Notes: generated by a model from the sequence alone, not told the origin. 64,000 nt of DNA from Ostreococcus lucimarinus (GCA_000092065.1 CP000590.1); one strand, 5' to 3'. Counted from the stretch's first letter, positions 1 through 10,696 are shown. Translations and numbers: made by a program.

Positions 1-721
1 ACGCCGCGACCTCGCGTCCTGTGCGCAAATCGGGCTCGGTGACGATCTCCAGCAGCGCCACGCCCGCTCGATTAAAGTCGGCGTACGAGTACTTTTTCCC
101 ATCCTCGCCCTTCGCGTGCGTCAATTTTCCCGCATCTTCCTCCAAGTGCGCGCGCGTGATCCCCACCCGCTTCACCTCTCCGCCGTCTTCCACTGGTAAA
201 ACCACGTCGATGGATCCGTCGTAACACAGCGGCTCGTCAAACTGCGAAATCTGATACCCTTTCGGCAAATCCGGGTAAAAGTACTGCTTACGATCGAACT
301 TGCTCGTCCTTCGTATCTTCGCCCCGAGCGCGGTCCCGATCGCGATCCCCTTCTTCACCACCGCCGAGTTCAGCACCGGAAGCGTCCCCGGATGTCCCAT
401 GCACGTCGGACACACCCTCGTGTTCGGTTCCGCGCCGTACTCGTACGCGCACCGACAAAACGCCTTCGTCCTCGAGTTCAGCTGCACGTGCGTCTCGATC
501 CCGATCACCGCCTCGAACCTCGTCTCCGGCGTGATCTCGATGTCCGCCTTTCCCTCGTCGTTCTCCACGCGCACGCTCGCCGCGCGCGCGCGTCGCGCGC
601 CCTCGCGTCGCGCGCCCTCGCGCGTCCCCGTCCCCGGGCGTCGTCCTCGTCGTCGCGTCGTCGACGCGCTCGCCGCGCGCGATCGCGCCGCGCGCGACGC
701 GACCGGGGACGCGACCGTCAT
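1..721 (-). CDS. GATB: Glu-tRNA(Gln)/Asp-tRNA(Asn) amidotransferase subunit B (GatB), organellar; partial, C-terminus continues beyond window start
   Basis: Hand translation of minus strand in a frame not listed in ORF track (runs off window): ...[69 protein letters not shown]...[35 protein letters not shown]...[21 protein letters not shown]; canonical GatB motifs ([29 protein letters not shown]). In-frame ATG at 719-721 followed by R/S/A/T-rich presequence ([24 protein letters not shown]...) and upstream stop at 803-805. Confidence 0.8.
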   Translation of the reverse strand, partial: MTVASPVASRAARSRAASASTTRRRGRRPGTGTREGARREGARRARAASVRVENDEGKADIEITPETRFEAVIGIETHVQLNSRTKAFCRCAYEYGAEPNTRVCPTCMGHPGTLPVLNSAVVKKGIAIGTALGAKIRRTSKFDRKQYFYPDLPKGYQISQFDEPLCYDGSIDVVLPVEDGGEVKRVGITRAHLEEDAGKLTHAKGEDGKKYSYADFNRAGVALLEIVTEPDLRTGREVAA

Positions 722-1276
722 CGACGTCGTTCCGCGCGCGCGCGCCGCCGTCGCGTCGCGCGCGTCGAGCTCTCGCGTCGCGCGCGCGCGCAAACCCTCT
801 CGTCACTTTCTCGGCACTTTTGTATGGGCAAACAGTGAGACGGCAATGTCCCGGAGCCAATGCGTCGCGCGCGATGGCGCGGCGCCGCACACGCCGTCGC
901 GCGATGGCGACGACGGCGCCGATGGCGCGCGCGATCCGCGGCGTCGCGCCGCGCGCGCGCGCGACGCGCGCGGCGTCGGCGACGCGCGCGACGACGACGA
1001 CGACGCGACGCGGCGGCGCGCGAGCGGTGCGTTTGAACGCGCGAGACGCTTCGAGGACGCGCGCGTCGACGACGCGCGCGGACGCGCGCGAGGGAGGAGG
1101 GAAAAAGACGCGCGAACGATCGACGCGCTCGAACGCGGACGCCGAGGACGGCGCGCGCGGACGCGGCGGCGCGGAAACGGCGATCGCGGACGACGCGCGA
1201 GGCGTTTGAACGCGCGGGACGGGACGCGTCGACGAAAAAGAGATCGCGGAGACTGACGACGCGCGGAATCGAACAG

Positions 1277-2380
1277 GTGCGGACGGTGGTGCGCGCCGCG
1301 GCGGGCGAAGACGTGTTCTCGCGAGGAAACTTCCGACCGGGAGCGACGTCGGGGGTGTTTAACGAGATGGCGAACTCGAGGTTCGGCGCGCGCGACGACG
1401 AGCACGAAGATCAAGGCGGTGAGGCGGTGCTGCGCCGTCGGTTGAAGGTGTTTTCGGGAACGGCGCACACGTCGCTGAGTGAGGAGATTGCGAATTATTT
1501 AGGGATAGAGCTCGGGAAGTCGACGATTAAGCGTTTCGCCGACGGGGAGATTTACGTTCAAATAAAAGAGTCGATTCGCGGTTGCGACGTCTTCATCGTC
1601 CAGCCCACGTGTCCGCCGACGAACGACAGCTTGATGGAGTTGTTGGTGATGATTGATGCGTGCAGACGCGCGTCTTGCCGATCGATCACGACTGTGATTC
1701 CGTACTTTGGTTACGCGCGCGCCGACCGAAGGACGTCTGGACGCGAATCCATCGCCGCTAAGCTCGTCGCCAACTTGCTCACCGAGGCGGGCGCGACGCG
1801 ATGCGTGTTGATGGATATTCACTCGTTGCAAACGATCGGGTACTACGACATTCCCGTCGATCACATTTACGGCGAGTCGGTCATCTTGGACTATCTCACG
1901 TCGAAGGACTTTCATCCAGACGACATCGTCATCGTCTCTCCGGATGTCGGTGGCGTCCCGCGCGCTCGCGCGTTCGCGAAAAAGCTCAACGATGCGCCGT
2001 TGGCCATCATCGATAAGCGACGCACCGGTCATAACAAGGCACAAGTGATGAACTTGATTGGCGAAGTCGATGGCAAAATCGCCGTGCTCCTCGACGACAT
2101 GATTGACACCGGAGGTACCTTGCTCGCGGGCGCCGAGCTGTTGCGCGAACGTGGCGCGCGTGAGGTCTACGCGTGCGCGACGCACGCGGTGTTTTCCCCA
2201 CCCGCTGTTGATCGACTTTCCAACAGTGCGTTCACCGAAGTCATCGTCACGAATTCCATTCCGCACACGCCGGAGCGCGATTTCCCGCAGCTCACGGTTT
2301 TGAGCGTCGGTAACCTTCTGGGAGAGACGATCTGGCGAGTACACAACGACTTTCGCGTTGGGAACTCTACCCTAAGCTAG
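1277..2380 (+). CDS. PRS: Ribose-phosphate pyrophosphokinase (PRPP synthetase) with N-terminal extension (possible organellar presequence)
   Basis: ORF 367 aa; motifs VFSGTAHTSLSEEIANYLGIELGKSTIKRFADGEIYVQIKESIRGCDVFIVQPTC, PYFGYARADRR, DLHS-like MDIHSLQ, VLLDDMIDTGGTL (PRPP-binding loop). Confidence 0.9.
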   Translation: MRTVVRAAAGEDVFSRGNFRPGATSGVFNEMANSRFGARDDEHEDQGGEAVLRRRLKVFSGTAHTSLSEEIANYLGIELGKSTIKRFADGEIYVQIKESIRGCDVFIVQPTCPPTNDSLMELLVMIDACRRASCRSITTVIPYFGYARADRRTSGRESIAAKLVANLLTEAGATRCVLMDIHSLQTIGYYDIPVDHIYGESVILDYLTSKDFHPDDIVIVSPDVGGVPRARAFAKKLNDAPLAIIDKRRTGHNKAQVMNLIGEVDGKIAVLLDDMIDTGGTLLAGAELLRERGAREVYACATHAVFSPPAVDRLSNSAFTEVIVTNSIPHTPERDFPQLTVLSVGNLLGETIWRVHNDFRVGNSTLS

Positions 2381-2694
2381 GCGGCGGGAGCTCGTCTGTT
2401 TTCTCCCGGGAAAACAGACTCTGAACATCGTACGTCGACGTCCCTCTTGTTCAACACGACGCGCGCCGCGAGGACGTGGCCGTTTTGACCTTTGTTGACA
2501 AAAGTAAACATAGCATCAGCCGAGTACAGTTTTGTTTTGTAACGCAAATTGTTCTACTCAAAGTCTGCGGACCAAGGATTTATGGAAAGTCGTCCTCGAA
2601 CGACGTCTAATCGCGACGCCTTGATTTTTGTATGTAACGCACAAAGAAGACTTTTGTCCACCCGCGGCGCGACTTCACGCGGCGACGCGCGGGA

Positions 2695-3915
2695 ATGCCT
2701 CGCGTTCCCGACGCCGTGTCCTACGTCGGGCGAAACGTCAGCGACTGCGGGTACTGCGCGTCGCCCGACGCGTCCGTGAGCGACGGCGCCGTCGCGCACG
2801 GGCTGTCGACGAAGAGGTACGGCGAATTGATTGACGACGGCTGGAGACGCAGCGGAACGTGGATTTACAAGCCCGCGATCGACGTCTCGTGCTGCGCGCA
2901 GCACACGATTCGCGTCAGCGTGGACGCGTTCAGGCCGTCCAAAAAGCAGCGGCAGGTGCTGCGCAGATTGGACGCGTATCTGCGGCGCGAGAGAGATGAG
3001 GGAAGCGACGGCGGCGACGAGGACGGCGCGCGAGCGGCGCGAAAGTTGGAGATAACGACGGCGCGTTCGACGTTCGTGCGCGAGGAATTTGAATTGTGGA
3101 AAAGGTATCAAGCCGCCGTGCACGGAGACGAGGCGTCGGAACTCAAGGAAGCGAGTTTTAGAAGATTTTTAGTGGACTCGCCATTCGTCGAGGACGAGAC
3201 GCCGAACGAGACGTCTGCGCCGAGCATCGGACTCGGCGCGTTTCATCAGCAGTACAGGATCGATGGGAAGCTCGTCGCCGTGGGTGTGGTCGACATTTTG
3301 CCGAAAGGTTTGAGTTCGAAGTACTTTTTCTGGGACCCCGAGTACGCGAAGTTGAGTCTGGGCAAAGTCAGCGCGCTGAAAGAAATTGAGTTCGTCGCGG
3401 ACGAGCGACGTCGACGGCCAGAGGCGACGCGAGAGTTTGAGTTCTACTACATGGGGTATTACATTCACGATTGTCAAAAGATGAAATATAAAGCGGACTA
3501 CGCGCCGAGCGAGCTGCGGTGCTCGACGACGAATCGATGGGTTCCCGTCGACGACGCCGACGTTCAGAAGAAGCTCGACGCTCGCGAACACTGTCGGCTG
3601 AGCGACGAAGCAGCCTTGCCGCGCGAGTGTTGCGAACCATTGAAGTCCATGGTAGGTCTAGCGCTTCGCGGCCAGCTCGTGAGCGTTACCACGTTGGGTG
3701 ATTTGCCCGGTTTACTCGAAAGCATCGGCGTGAACTTGGGCTCCAGCCGCGGCGTGCGTCGATTCGCGGACGAGCAAGCCGAGTGGTGCGAGCGGAGCGG
3801 GCGAGCGGGGATGACCATCATGAATTTAGTCGACATTGAACGGAATTTACTCGCTTACGAAGATAGCGACGAAGTAGACGAGCATTCGGATGATGAACTA
3901 GCAGGTATAGCATAG
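2695..3915 (+). CDS. ATE1: Arginyl-tRNA--protein transferase (ATE1), N-end rule pathway
   Basis: N-terminal CGYC...YGELIDDGWRRSGTWIYKP...CCAQHTIRV and C-domain FHQQYRIDGKLVAVGVVDILPKGLSSKYFFWDPEY are the conserved ATE N and C domain signatures. Confidence 0.85.
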   Translation: MPRVPDAVSYVGRNVSDCGYCASPDASVSDGAVAHGLSTKRYGELIDDGWRRSGTWIYKPAIDVSCCAQHTIRVSVDAFRPSKKQRQVLRRLDAYLRRERDEGSDGGDEDGARAARKLEITTARSTFVREEFELWKRYQAAVHGDEASELKEASFRRFLVDSPFVEDETPNETSAPSIGLGAFHQQYRIDGKLVAVGVVDILPKGLSSKYFFWDPEYAKLSLGKVSALKEIEFVADERRRRPEATREFEFYYMGYYIHDCQKMKYKADYAPSELRCSTTNRWVPVDDADVQKKLDAREHCRLSDEAALPRECCEPLKSMVGLALRGQLVSVTTLGDLPGLLESIGVNLGSSRGVRRFADEQAEWCERSGRAGMTIMNLVDIERNLLAYEDSDEVDEHSDDELAGIA

Positions 3916-3971
3916 CTTAGATGAAAGAATGAACCGCTTGATTTTACAACAAAGCTCGCCGCCCATTACTG

Positions 3972-6900
3972 TTAGACATTTTCGCTGTTGTCTCGCGCCG
4001 TCACCGTCGCCGTTCGTTTCGCCGCCGGGAGCGTGAACGGTATTTTCGCGGGAAACGATGTGTTCGCCATCGCCACCGGTTGTTTCGTCGTCATGGCGAC
4101 CGCGATTGCGGACTCGCGTTCTTCTTCGAGTCTTTCGAATTCGCCCACGCAGTGAATCTGTTTCAACTCCTCGCGATTGTTTCGCTCGCGCAAGATGCTC
4201 ATACCGTTGAAAATAACCAAAAGAGCTGTTCCAACGTCTACCGCGATCGCTTGCCACAAGCCCGTGTAGCCGAGGATGGAGAGAACGAGGACCACGAGCT
4301 TGGTAGTGACGGAGAAGATGACGTTTTGTCGAATCTTGCGCACACACTCGCGACCGAGCACGATGGTGTCCACCAGTAAACTCAGATCGTTTGTCATCAA
4401 CGCCACGTCGGCGGTTTCCATCGCCGCAGCCGTACCGGCGACGCCCATAGCGACGCCAACGTCCGCCGCAGTCAACGCTGGAGCGTCGTTGATTCCGTCG
4501 CCCACCATCGCCACCGTGCCTCGGCCGAAGAGCTTCAAGGCGATTTTGGACGACTTATTCTCTAACGCCTCGATCGCTTCGCCGATGATACGGAGTTTGT
4601 CTTGCGGTTTGAGTGAAGCACGTACGTGCGTTGGATTGACGCCTACTCGCGCTCGCAAGTACTCGGCCGACCCAGGATTGTCTCCAGTGATCATCTCCAC
4701 CTCTGCGCCTATTTTTCTCAAGTCATCCACCGCTTTCGCCGCCGTAGGGCGAACGACGTCATCACATCGAATGATGCCCGCGAGACGACCGTCGACCCCG
4801 ACCCATACCACGGTACCTCCTTCGCTTTCCCACGTATTCGCCATGTTCGTCAGCTCGACATCGTTCGCGTCCCACGCGTTCTCCAACGCGAGCTCGCCGT
4901 TGCCGACTTCGACGCGCCTGCCGTCGACGATAGCTTTCGCGCCTTGCCCGTCGATAGTTTCAAAGTCTTCTACGACACATTGTTCCGAAGCTACGCGGAC
5001 TGCCGCACCGGCGCCACGCAAGACAGCGTGCGCGAGCGGATGTGACGAACGCGATTCCAGGGCGCAAAGCCATCGAAGGAGGGCGCCGACGCCGAGCGCC
5101 GGACGTTGGTTCTCGTCGCCGTTTCTCGCCGGACGCACCAAACGCACCGCAGTGAGCGTGAAAGAACCGCGCGTGAGCGTGCCCGTTTTATCCATGAACA
5201 CGCGCTCGATGCGGCCGAGTCTTTCGAGGTGCGCAGAGCCCTTGACCAAGACGCCGCGTTGCGCGCACACCGTGAGTGCGCTCACGGCAACGACGGGAGT
5301 GCTCAATACGAGCGCACATGGACACGCGATGACAAGTAAGACGCACGCCAAATACGCCGGCTCGTTCCCTTTGACCCCAGAACTGTACTGTACGATCATG
5401 ACGAGCGCGGCGGCGATGATGACGACCGGCGTGTAGACCCTCGCGAATCTCTCAATGGCGAGCTCGCTCGAGCTCCGCGACGCTTGCGCTTCTTCGATGA
5501 GACGGACGAGCCGCGAGACTGCTGAATCCGCGGCGACGCACGAGACACGAATCTCTAAGATCCCACCTTGATTCAGTGTGCCGCCGTACACGACGTCACC
5601 GACACGTTTAGGCACGGGCATGGACTCGCCCGTGAGCGCGCTTTCGTCAATCGCGCTCGCGCCGGCGACGATTTCGCCGTCGAGTGGCACCTTCTCTCCA
5701 GGCTTGACGAGGACGACTTCACGCACTTTAACCTCTTCCACCGCCACGAGTGCCGTATCGCCTCGACGCCGCGCCGTTTCCGGTCGAAGCGCCAGCACTG
5801 CGCCTATCGCGCGCGACGTTTTCGCCATAGCGCGCGCCTCGAGCCATTCTGAGAGCGCAAAGAGCGCCACCACCGCGGCGGCTTCGCCGAAATCTTGAAG
5901 CGCACAAGCGCCGACGATGGCGATCCCCATCAGCGTGTTAATATCGACGATACCATTTCGTAAGCTCCCGAACGCTTTCAGGGCGATTTCGGGAATACCA
6001 ACCGCAACGGACGCCAGAGCGACGTAGCGTAAATGTCGCGCGTCTCCGCCCAAGTAGTGAAACAGCGACACGACGAAGAAGAAGCACGCCAACGTGATTC
6101 GAAACGGTGGCCTCGCGAACGCATCGCTCGATTGCGCGTCATCGCGAGCTGAGGTACCGTCGCTCGGACCTTTCGTATCGCTCACGTGCGCCTGCAAACG
6201 CACCGCGTTCAAAGCGTCCACGATGGTCTCCGCGCTCACCGCCGACGCCGCGTGCTCGACGAGCACCGTCTTCGTGGGCACGACGACTTTGACGTCTCGC
6301 ACGCCCTCCATCTTATCTAAAACCCTATGAATCAGCGGTACCTCACTCGGACAGCATATTCCGTTCACGAGCAAGCGCGTGTGCGTGCTCTGTTCCGTCC
6401 CGCCCTTTGATTCCAGCGCCCATCTCGCGACGACGGCGTCGGAATCGTCCGCGTCGTTCGCGCCCTCCCGCGTCGACGGAAACGGCTTGTAATCCCCCCC
6501 ATCCACCCCACCGCGTCGATGTCGCAACACCTTCACCCACCCGTGATCTTCCACGTGCGTCTTCGTCTTTAACGCGCACCCGTCGCCGCAACAGTCCGCG
6601 TTTGAAAAATGCACCAACCGCTCGCCCACGAGAAAATCGACGTGGTCGTCGTGCGGCACCGTCTCGCACTTCCTCGCCACCAACCGCGCCCGCGCCTCTT
6701 CCACGTCCGGCGGGCACCCGATCGCGCCGAACAGCTCCACCATCCTCTCGCGTTCCTCGCGCGCCGCGCCCTCCGCCTTCGCCCCGCGTCCCGTCGTCGT
6801 CGTCGTCGTCGTCGCGCTCGTCGCCCGCGCCGCCGCCCACGACCCATCCTCTCGCGCCACCACGAGCGCGCCCTCGATCAGGAACGCATCGAGAGGCGCG

Positions 6901-7148
6901 CTTCCGTCGCTCGCGCCGCTCGCCGCGCCGCCGTCGACGCGCTCGACGCTCGTCGCGCAAATCTTCGTCGGGTCCAGGCACAAGCCTTGCTCCGCGCACG
7001 GCGTCGTCTCGCCGCACCACGCGCATCGCGCGTCGCGAAACGCCGCGGCGACGCGCGCGGGCATCGACGCGCGCCGCGTCGCGACGCCGCGCGAGCTGGA
7101 CGCGCGAGCGCGACGGCGAGCGCGACGCGAACTGCGGTCGTCACTCAT
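3972..7148 (-). CDS. HMA: P1B-type heavy-metal transporting ATPase (Zn/Cd HMA2/HMA4-like) with long Cys/His-containing N-terminal extension
   Basis: 1058 aa; HMA domain with plant-type GICCPSE metal-binding motif, TM CPC motif ([11 protein letters not shown]), DKTGTLT phosphorylation site, TGES actuator motif, [10 protein letters not shown] hinge. ORFs 3898..4347, 4276..5436 etc. on the opposite strand are antisense artefacts. Confidence 0.9.
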   Translation of the reverse strand: MSDDRSSRRARRRARASSSRGVATRRASMPARVAAAFRDARCAWCGETTPCAEQGLCLDPTKICATSVERVDGGAASGASDGSAPLDAFLIEGALVVAREDGSWAAARATSATTTTTTTGRGAKAEGAAREERERMVELFGAIGCPPDVEEARARLVARKCETVPHDDHVDFLVGERLVHFSNADCCGDGCALKTKTHVEDHGWVKVLRHRRGGVDGGDYKPFPSTREGANDADDSDAVVARWALESKGGTEQSTHTRLLVNGICCPSEVPLIHRVLDKMEGVRDVKVVVPTKTVLVEHAASAVSAETIVDALNAVRLQAHVSDTKGPSDGTSARDDAQSSDAFARPPFRITLACFFFVVSLFHYLGGDARHLRYVALASVAVGIPEIALKAFGSLRNGIVDINTLMGIAIVGACALQDFGEAAAVVALFALSEWLEARAMAKTSRAIGAVLALRPETARRRGDTALVAVEEVKVREVVLVKPGEKVPLDGEIVAGASAIDESALTGESMPVPKRVGDVVYGGTLNQGGILEIRVSCVAADSAVSRLVRLIEEAQASRSSSELAIERFARVYTPVVIIAAALVMIVQYSSGVKGNEPAYLACVLLVIACPCALVLSTPVVAVSALTVCAQRGVLVKGSAHLERLGRIERVFMDKTGTLTRGSFTLTAVRLVRPARNGDENQRPALGVGALLRWLCALESRSSHPLAHAVLRGAGAAVRVASEQCVVEDFETIDGQGAKAIVDGRRVEVGNGELALENAWDANDVELTNMANTWESEGGTVVWVGVDGRLAGIIRCDDVVRPTAAKAVDDLRKIGAEVEMITGDNPGSAEYLRARVGVNPTHVRASLKPQDKLRIIGEAIEALENKSSKIALKLFGRGTVAMVGDGINDAPALTAADVGVAMGVAGTAAAMETADVALMTNDLSLLVDTIVLGRECVRKIRQNVIFSVTTKLVVLVLSILGYTGLWQAIAVDVGTALLVIFNGMSILRERNNREELKQIHCVGEFERLEEERESAIAVAMTTKQPVAMANTSFPAKIPFTLPAAKRTATVTARDNSENV

Positions 7149-7162
7149 CGACGCGCCGCGGC

Positions 7163-8650
7163 ATGGCGCCGGCGCGCGACGCGGCGACGGCGTCGACGAG
7201 CGCGGCCGACGGCGCGTTCGTCGCGTTTCTGTGCGCGCTCGCGCCGCGCGAGCTGGACGCGCTGTACGCGTCGTCGCCGTGGAGCGCGCTCGCGGTGCTG
7301 CGCGCGTGCGATTCGATCGCGAAACAAATCATCCTGCGCCTGGCGTACGTCGACGACGGCGCGGACGCGCGCGAGTGCGCGAAGTGGTGCGGCGACGGCG
7401 CGAGCGATGCGCGCGCGCTGGAGCGCGCGATGGCGCGGTTGGCGCGGTTGAGGGTGACGACGGCGCTGGGCGAGGGCGAAGACGCGCGCGTCGTCGCGAA
7501 CGAGGCGTTCGCGAATAATCTGCGACGCGCGCTCGAGCGAGGATTCGTGAATTTGGACGATGGCGACGGGGCAGACGCGCGGGAGGACGCGGGCGTGGCG
7601 GCCAAGGTGCCGGATCGAGCGACGCTGAACGCGTACGCGAAGGCGAAGTGGGAAGACTTGCTGCTCACGCTCACGGGGGCGTCGAACGCGTTCTCGAGGC
7701 CGGGGGCCAAGGTGAAGGGACGATTGGACGCGCAGGCGCTGTTTCGAGCCGCGGGGCTGACGACGGCGACGACGGCGGCGCTGAAGAAGGGCGGACAGAA
7801 GCGGTTGAAGAACGCGGGCGTCACCGCGGAGGGATTCGCGTTTTTGTTGCAGACGGCGCAAGAGCAAATATGGGTGCTGTTGACGCAGTACATACGCGAT
7901 TCGCAGAAGACGTCGGCGACGAGCGCGATCAGTTTCTTGCTCAGGCTGACGTTTCAGGAACCGGGGCGCGCGTACGCGATGACGGGGGTGCTGAGCGACA
8001 CGGAGCAAGACGTCGTGCTCGATTTGACGCATCTCGGGTTGCTGTACACGTTTGAGGTGAAGAAAAAGTTCTACTACGTCCCCACGCTCCTCGCCAGTGG
8101 CTTGTCCGGCGGATTCACCGGGGATGACGGCGATACCAAGGCGGCGGCGGCGGCGGCGGAAGGACACATCATAGTCGAGACGAATTATCGCGTGTACGCG
8201 TACACGTCCAGCGCCGTGGAGATGGAGATTTTGCGGCTGTTCACGCGCGCGGATTATCGCTTGCCCAACTTGTACGTCGGTATGTTGACGCGCGAGAGCG
8301 TGCAAAACGCACTTCGCGCGGGTGTGGACGCAGAACAGATCGTGGGGTACATTCGCGCGCACGCGCACAAGCAAGTTCGCCGAAAAAAGCCGAGTGTACC
8401 GAGCACGGTGTGCGACCAAATTCGTCTTTGGGCGCGCGACATGGAACGCATGGAAGCAGAGGAATGCGTGCTGTACTGCGATTTCCCGCAGGCCGGTACT
8501 TTTTACGGCGCCGTCGTGAGCGAGGCGGAAAAACGAGGCGCGCTGTTGTGGCGAGACGACGCGTCGAGGCGGTTGACTGTCCGCGCGTCGGCGCACGACG
8601 AGATGAAAGCCGTCGTCGGCGCGCTGAAGCAAAAGTTAGACGCGGTGTAA
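7163..8650 (+). CDS. GTF2H4: General transcription factor TFIIH subunit p52 (Tfb2/GTF2H4)
   Basis: Real gene is the C-terminal 495 aa of listed ORF 6407..8650 (first 252 aa are P/R/S low-complexity antisense to the HMA gene). Starts [11 protein letters not shown]...; p52 motifs [57 protein letters not shown]. Confidence 0.8.
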   Translation: MAPARDAATASTSAADGAFVAFLCALAPRELDALYASSPWSALAVLRACDSIAKQIILRLAYVDDGADARECAKWCGDGASDARALERAMARLARLRVTTALGEGEDARVVANEAFANNLRRALERGFVNLDDGDGADAREDAGVAAKVPDRATLNAYAKAKWEDLLLTLTGASNAFSRPGAKVKGRLDAQALFRAAGLTTATTAALKKGGQKRLKNAGVTAEGFAFLLQTAQEQIWVLLTQYIRDSQKTSATSAISFLLRLTFQEPGRAYAMTGVLSDTEQDVVLDLTHLGLLYTFEVKKKFYYVPTLLASGLSGGFTGDDGDTKAAAAAAEGHIIVETNYRVYAYTSSAVEMEILRLFTRADYRLPNLYVGMLTRESVQNALRAGVDAEQIVGYIRAHAHKQVRRKKPSVPSTVCDQIRLWARDMERMEAEECVLYCDFPQAGTFYGAVVSEAEKRGALLWRDDASRRLTVRASAHDEMKAVVGALKQKLDAV

Positions 8651-8688
8651 AATCAATGAATAGTTTAGCAGCATATTATTCCATCACG

Positions 8689-9957
8689 TCACGGCGGGAT
8701 CGCGATGCGCGCTTGTAACGGAAGGTGGTCGCTCGGAAATCCAAACGTCGGCAATCCGACGTCGCTCGGGATTTCGCTCTCGTCCGGTAGCTTGGCCACG
8801 CTCACCACTTTGCTTCCTCGATGGGCCGAGTAGAGGATGTAATCGATCGTGTGTTTGACTTCTCCGGTCTTGAACAACCCGGTGCGCGTCTTCCACGTCG
8901 AAAATCTGTTTGAGTTTTTATCGCCGAGGGCCGCGCTCATGTCCTCGTACGCGTTGCGCATGCCGCGTCCGCGCAAGTGCACCACGCACGCCTCGTTGGG
9001 CGTCGCGTTCAAATCTCCGGCGATGATGATTTGGACTTTATCCACGTCCGCGCACAAACTCGTGGCGAACGCGTTCAAGTGTCGGCACAACTCTTTCGTT
9101 TGCTCCAGTCGAGTGATGATGCCGTCGACGGTTTTCGCCGACTCGAGATGGGTGGTGACGACGACGATTTCTTGGAGATCCTCTCCCGAGAACACGGGCT
9201 TGGCGTTGCCGCGAATGAGCGTACCGATCGCGTTGCGGATTCCAGACTCGCTTCGAGGATCCTTCTTCAACCGAAACCTCGCCATTAACGTCTTCCCGGC
9301 GTTGAGCGCCGGGTCGTCCTTGCGCGCGCGCGGCGTCCCCGGCGCGTGCGACGACAACAGCTCGAGTTTGTCAGTTTTGTAAAAGATGCACACGCCATCG
9401 CACGGCGCGCCGAATTTACGACAAGGCGACCACTGATCTTCCTTGTACAACCCCGCGTACCCGAGTTTCTTCAGCTCGGGCTCGAAGAAATCGTAGTAGT
9501 GATCGCACTCTTGCATGCAAATGACGTCCGGCGCCGTCGTCGAATCATTCGACGTGATCGCTCGAAGCAAATCCTTCGACCGTTTCGTCCAATTCAAATC
9601 ATACATTTCCTCGTTCGCCTCGGCGTCGTCCTCGCCGTAGTACGCGCTCGCGAACGCGTCGTTCAGCGCCAACGCGTCGGCGAGCGCGTTGTACTGGCAC
9701 ACCTGAATCGTCCTCGCGCCCGACGTCGACGTCGTCATCGACGCGTCGTCCCGGTTCGGGTCGTACACGTACCTCGACGCGTCGTCGTCCGTTTCGCTCG
9801 ACGCCTCGCGCGCGCGCCGTCGCGCGTCGTCGTCGTCGTCACCGGTCTTTTCGTCGTCACCGGTCGTCGCGGGCGCGTCGACGCGCGTCGCGCGCGCGTC
9901 GTCGGCGTCGTCGCGCGCGCCGTTCGCGGCGGCGCCGTTCGCGGTCTCGGCGAACAT
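8689..9957 (-). CDS. CCR4: CCR4/nocturnin-family deadenylase (endonuclease/exonuclease/phosphatase, EEP domain)
   Basis: EEP motifs: QVCQYNALADALA, VICMQECDHYYDFFEPELKKLGYAGLYK, IAGDLNATPNE, LFKTGEVKHTIDYILYS, SDHLPLQARIA. Start moved to internal Met (MFAETANG...) because the first 276 nt of the listed ORF (to 10233) overlap an intron-containing tRNA gene. Confidence 0.75.
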   Translation of the reverse strand: MFAETANGAAANGARDDADDARATRVDAPATTGDDEKTGDDDDDARRRAREASSETDDDASRYVYDPNRDDASMTTSTSGARTIQVCQYNALADALALNDAFASAYYGEDDAEANEEMYDLNWTKRSKDLLRAITSNDSTTAPDVICMQECDHYYDFFEPELKKLGYAGLYKEDQWSPCRKFGAPCDGVCIFYKTDKLELLSSHAPGTPRARKDDPALNAGKTLMARFRLKKDPRSESGIRNAIGTLIRGNAKPVFSGEDLQEIVVVTTHLESAKTVDGIITRLEQTKELCRHLNAFATSLCADVDKVQIIIAGDLNATPNEACVVHLRGRGMRNAYEDMSAALGDKNSNRFSTWKTRTGLFKTGEVKHTIDYILYSAHRGSKVVSVAKLPDESEIPSDVGLPTFGFPSDHLPLQARIAIPP

Positions 9958-10100
9958 CGCGCGCGTCGACGCGAACTCGCGATCGGCGCGACGCGCGGCG
10001 CGGTGTGGCGCGCGCACGGATCGGCGATTCGGCGATTCGACGCGCGCGAACGATGGGCGACAGGCGCGGGCAAAAAGAGCGCGACACGACAAAAAGAAAC

Positions 10101-10247
10101 GAGGTCCTACCTGGATTCGAACCAGAGTCGCTGGATTACTGCGTGCGCAATCCGAGGGCGAGAGCGCGCCGTTCGACCGGCGCTCGCGTATGGACACTTT
10201 GCGTGTGAATTCAAAGTCCAGAGTGATAACCAACTACACTATAAGAC
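10101..10247 (-). tRNA. tRNA-Gln (anticodon UUG) with a ~75-nt intron after position 37
   Basis: Minus-strand read: GGTCTTA-TA-GTGT-AGTTGGTTA-TCAC-T-CTGGA-CTTTGAA | intron | (A)TCCAG-CGAC-TCTGG-TTCGAAT-CCAGG-TAGGACC-T. Acceptor stem pairs 7/7 (one G-U), canonical GGTTCGAATCC T-arm, D-arm TAGTGTAGTTGGTTATCAC typical of eukaryotic tRNA-Gln; intron contains CAAAGTGTCC complementary to anticodon-loop GGAC(T)TTG (anticodon-intron helix). Approx exons 10211..10247 and 10101..10135. Confidence 0.8.
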
Positions 10248-10375
10248 CGTGACGGAAACTGATGGGCTTCACGTCGCCTTAACTACTCCACATGCCAAAC
10301 GATGTCGCCGTCGCCCCCGTAAAGTTGGCGGCGCCAAAGTTATGGGTTTTCCGCGCGCCGCGCGGGCGGCCGCGC

Positions 10376-10696
10376 TCACAGCGCGAGGTCCGCGAGCGCC
10401 TCCGCGACGGCGCCGTCGCTCGAGACCTCGCACGACGCGCGCTGGATCTCGGACAGGAGAATCATGTTGATCGTGCGCTGCGGCGCGGTGGCCTCGGAAC
10501 CGTCGTCCGCGATCGCGGCGTCGAGCGAGGCGTACTCGCGCGCGTCGGAGACGACGATGTTCCTCTGCTTGTCGACGCACCGAAGGGTGCCGACGAAGCA
10601 GCGCCCGTCGCGCGTGGTGGTGCGTATCGTCGCTCCGATGTAGTTTTCACGAAACGAGGACGAAGACGGGGACGAGGACGCCGGTGGAATCATCAC
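10376..10696 (-). CDS. LSM: Sm-like (LSm) protein
   Basis: 106 aa; Sm1 motif IRTTTRDGRCFVGTLRCVDKQRNIVVSDAREY (hydrophobic-x-V-x-L-x-DGR-x-x-G-x-L-x-x-D-x-x-N-hydrophobic-VL-x-D) followed by Sm2-like RTINMILLSEI. Confidence 0.5.
   Translation of the reverse strand: MMIPPASSSPSSSSFRENYIGATIRTTTRDGRCFVGTLRCVDKQRNIVVSDAREYASLDAAIADDGSEATAPQRTINMILLSEIQRASCEVSSDGAVAEALADLAL

Noticed and set aside
6407-7162. Long Arg/Pro/Ala-rich ORFs overlapping or antisense to real genes. Examples: the first 252 aa of ORF 6407..8650; 7145..8632(-) antisense to p52; 20236..21861(+) antisense to the DEAD-box gene; 16314..17732(-) antisense to metaxin; 36213..37460 antisense to ADK; 41701..42729; 46252..47157; 288..890(-).
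   Set aside because: Composition is almost pure R/A/G/P/S low complexity from GCG/CGC periodicity in >65% GC DNA. Each overlaps a well-supported conserved gene on the other strand or frame. There are no recognisable domains. These are typical spurious long ORFs of high-GC genomes.
9958-10233. N-terminal 92 codons of ORF 8689..10233 (MVITLDFEFTRKVSIRERRSNGALSPSDCARSNPATLVRIQVG...).
   Set aside because: This stretch is the in-frame translation of the tRNA-Gln gene and its flank; the real CCR4-like protein most likely begins at Met93 (9957).
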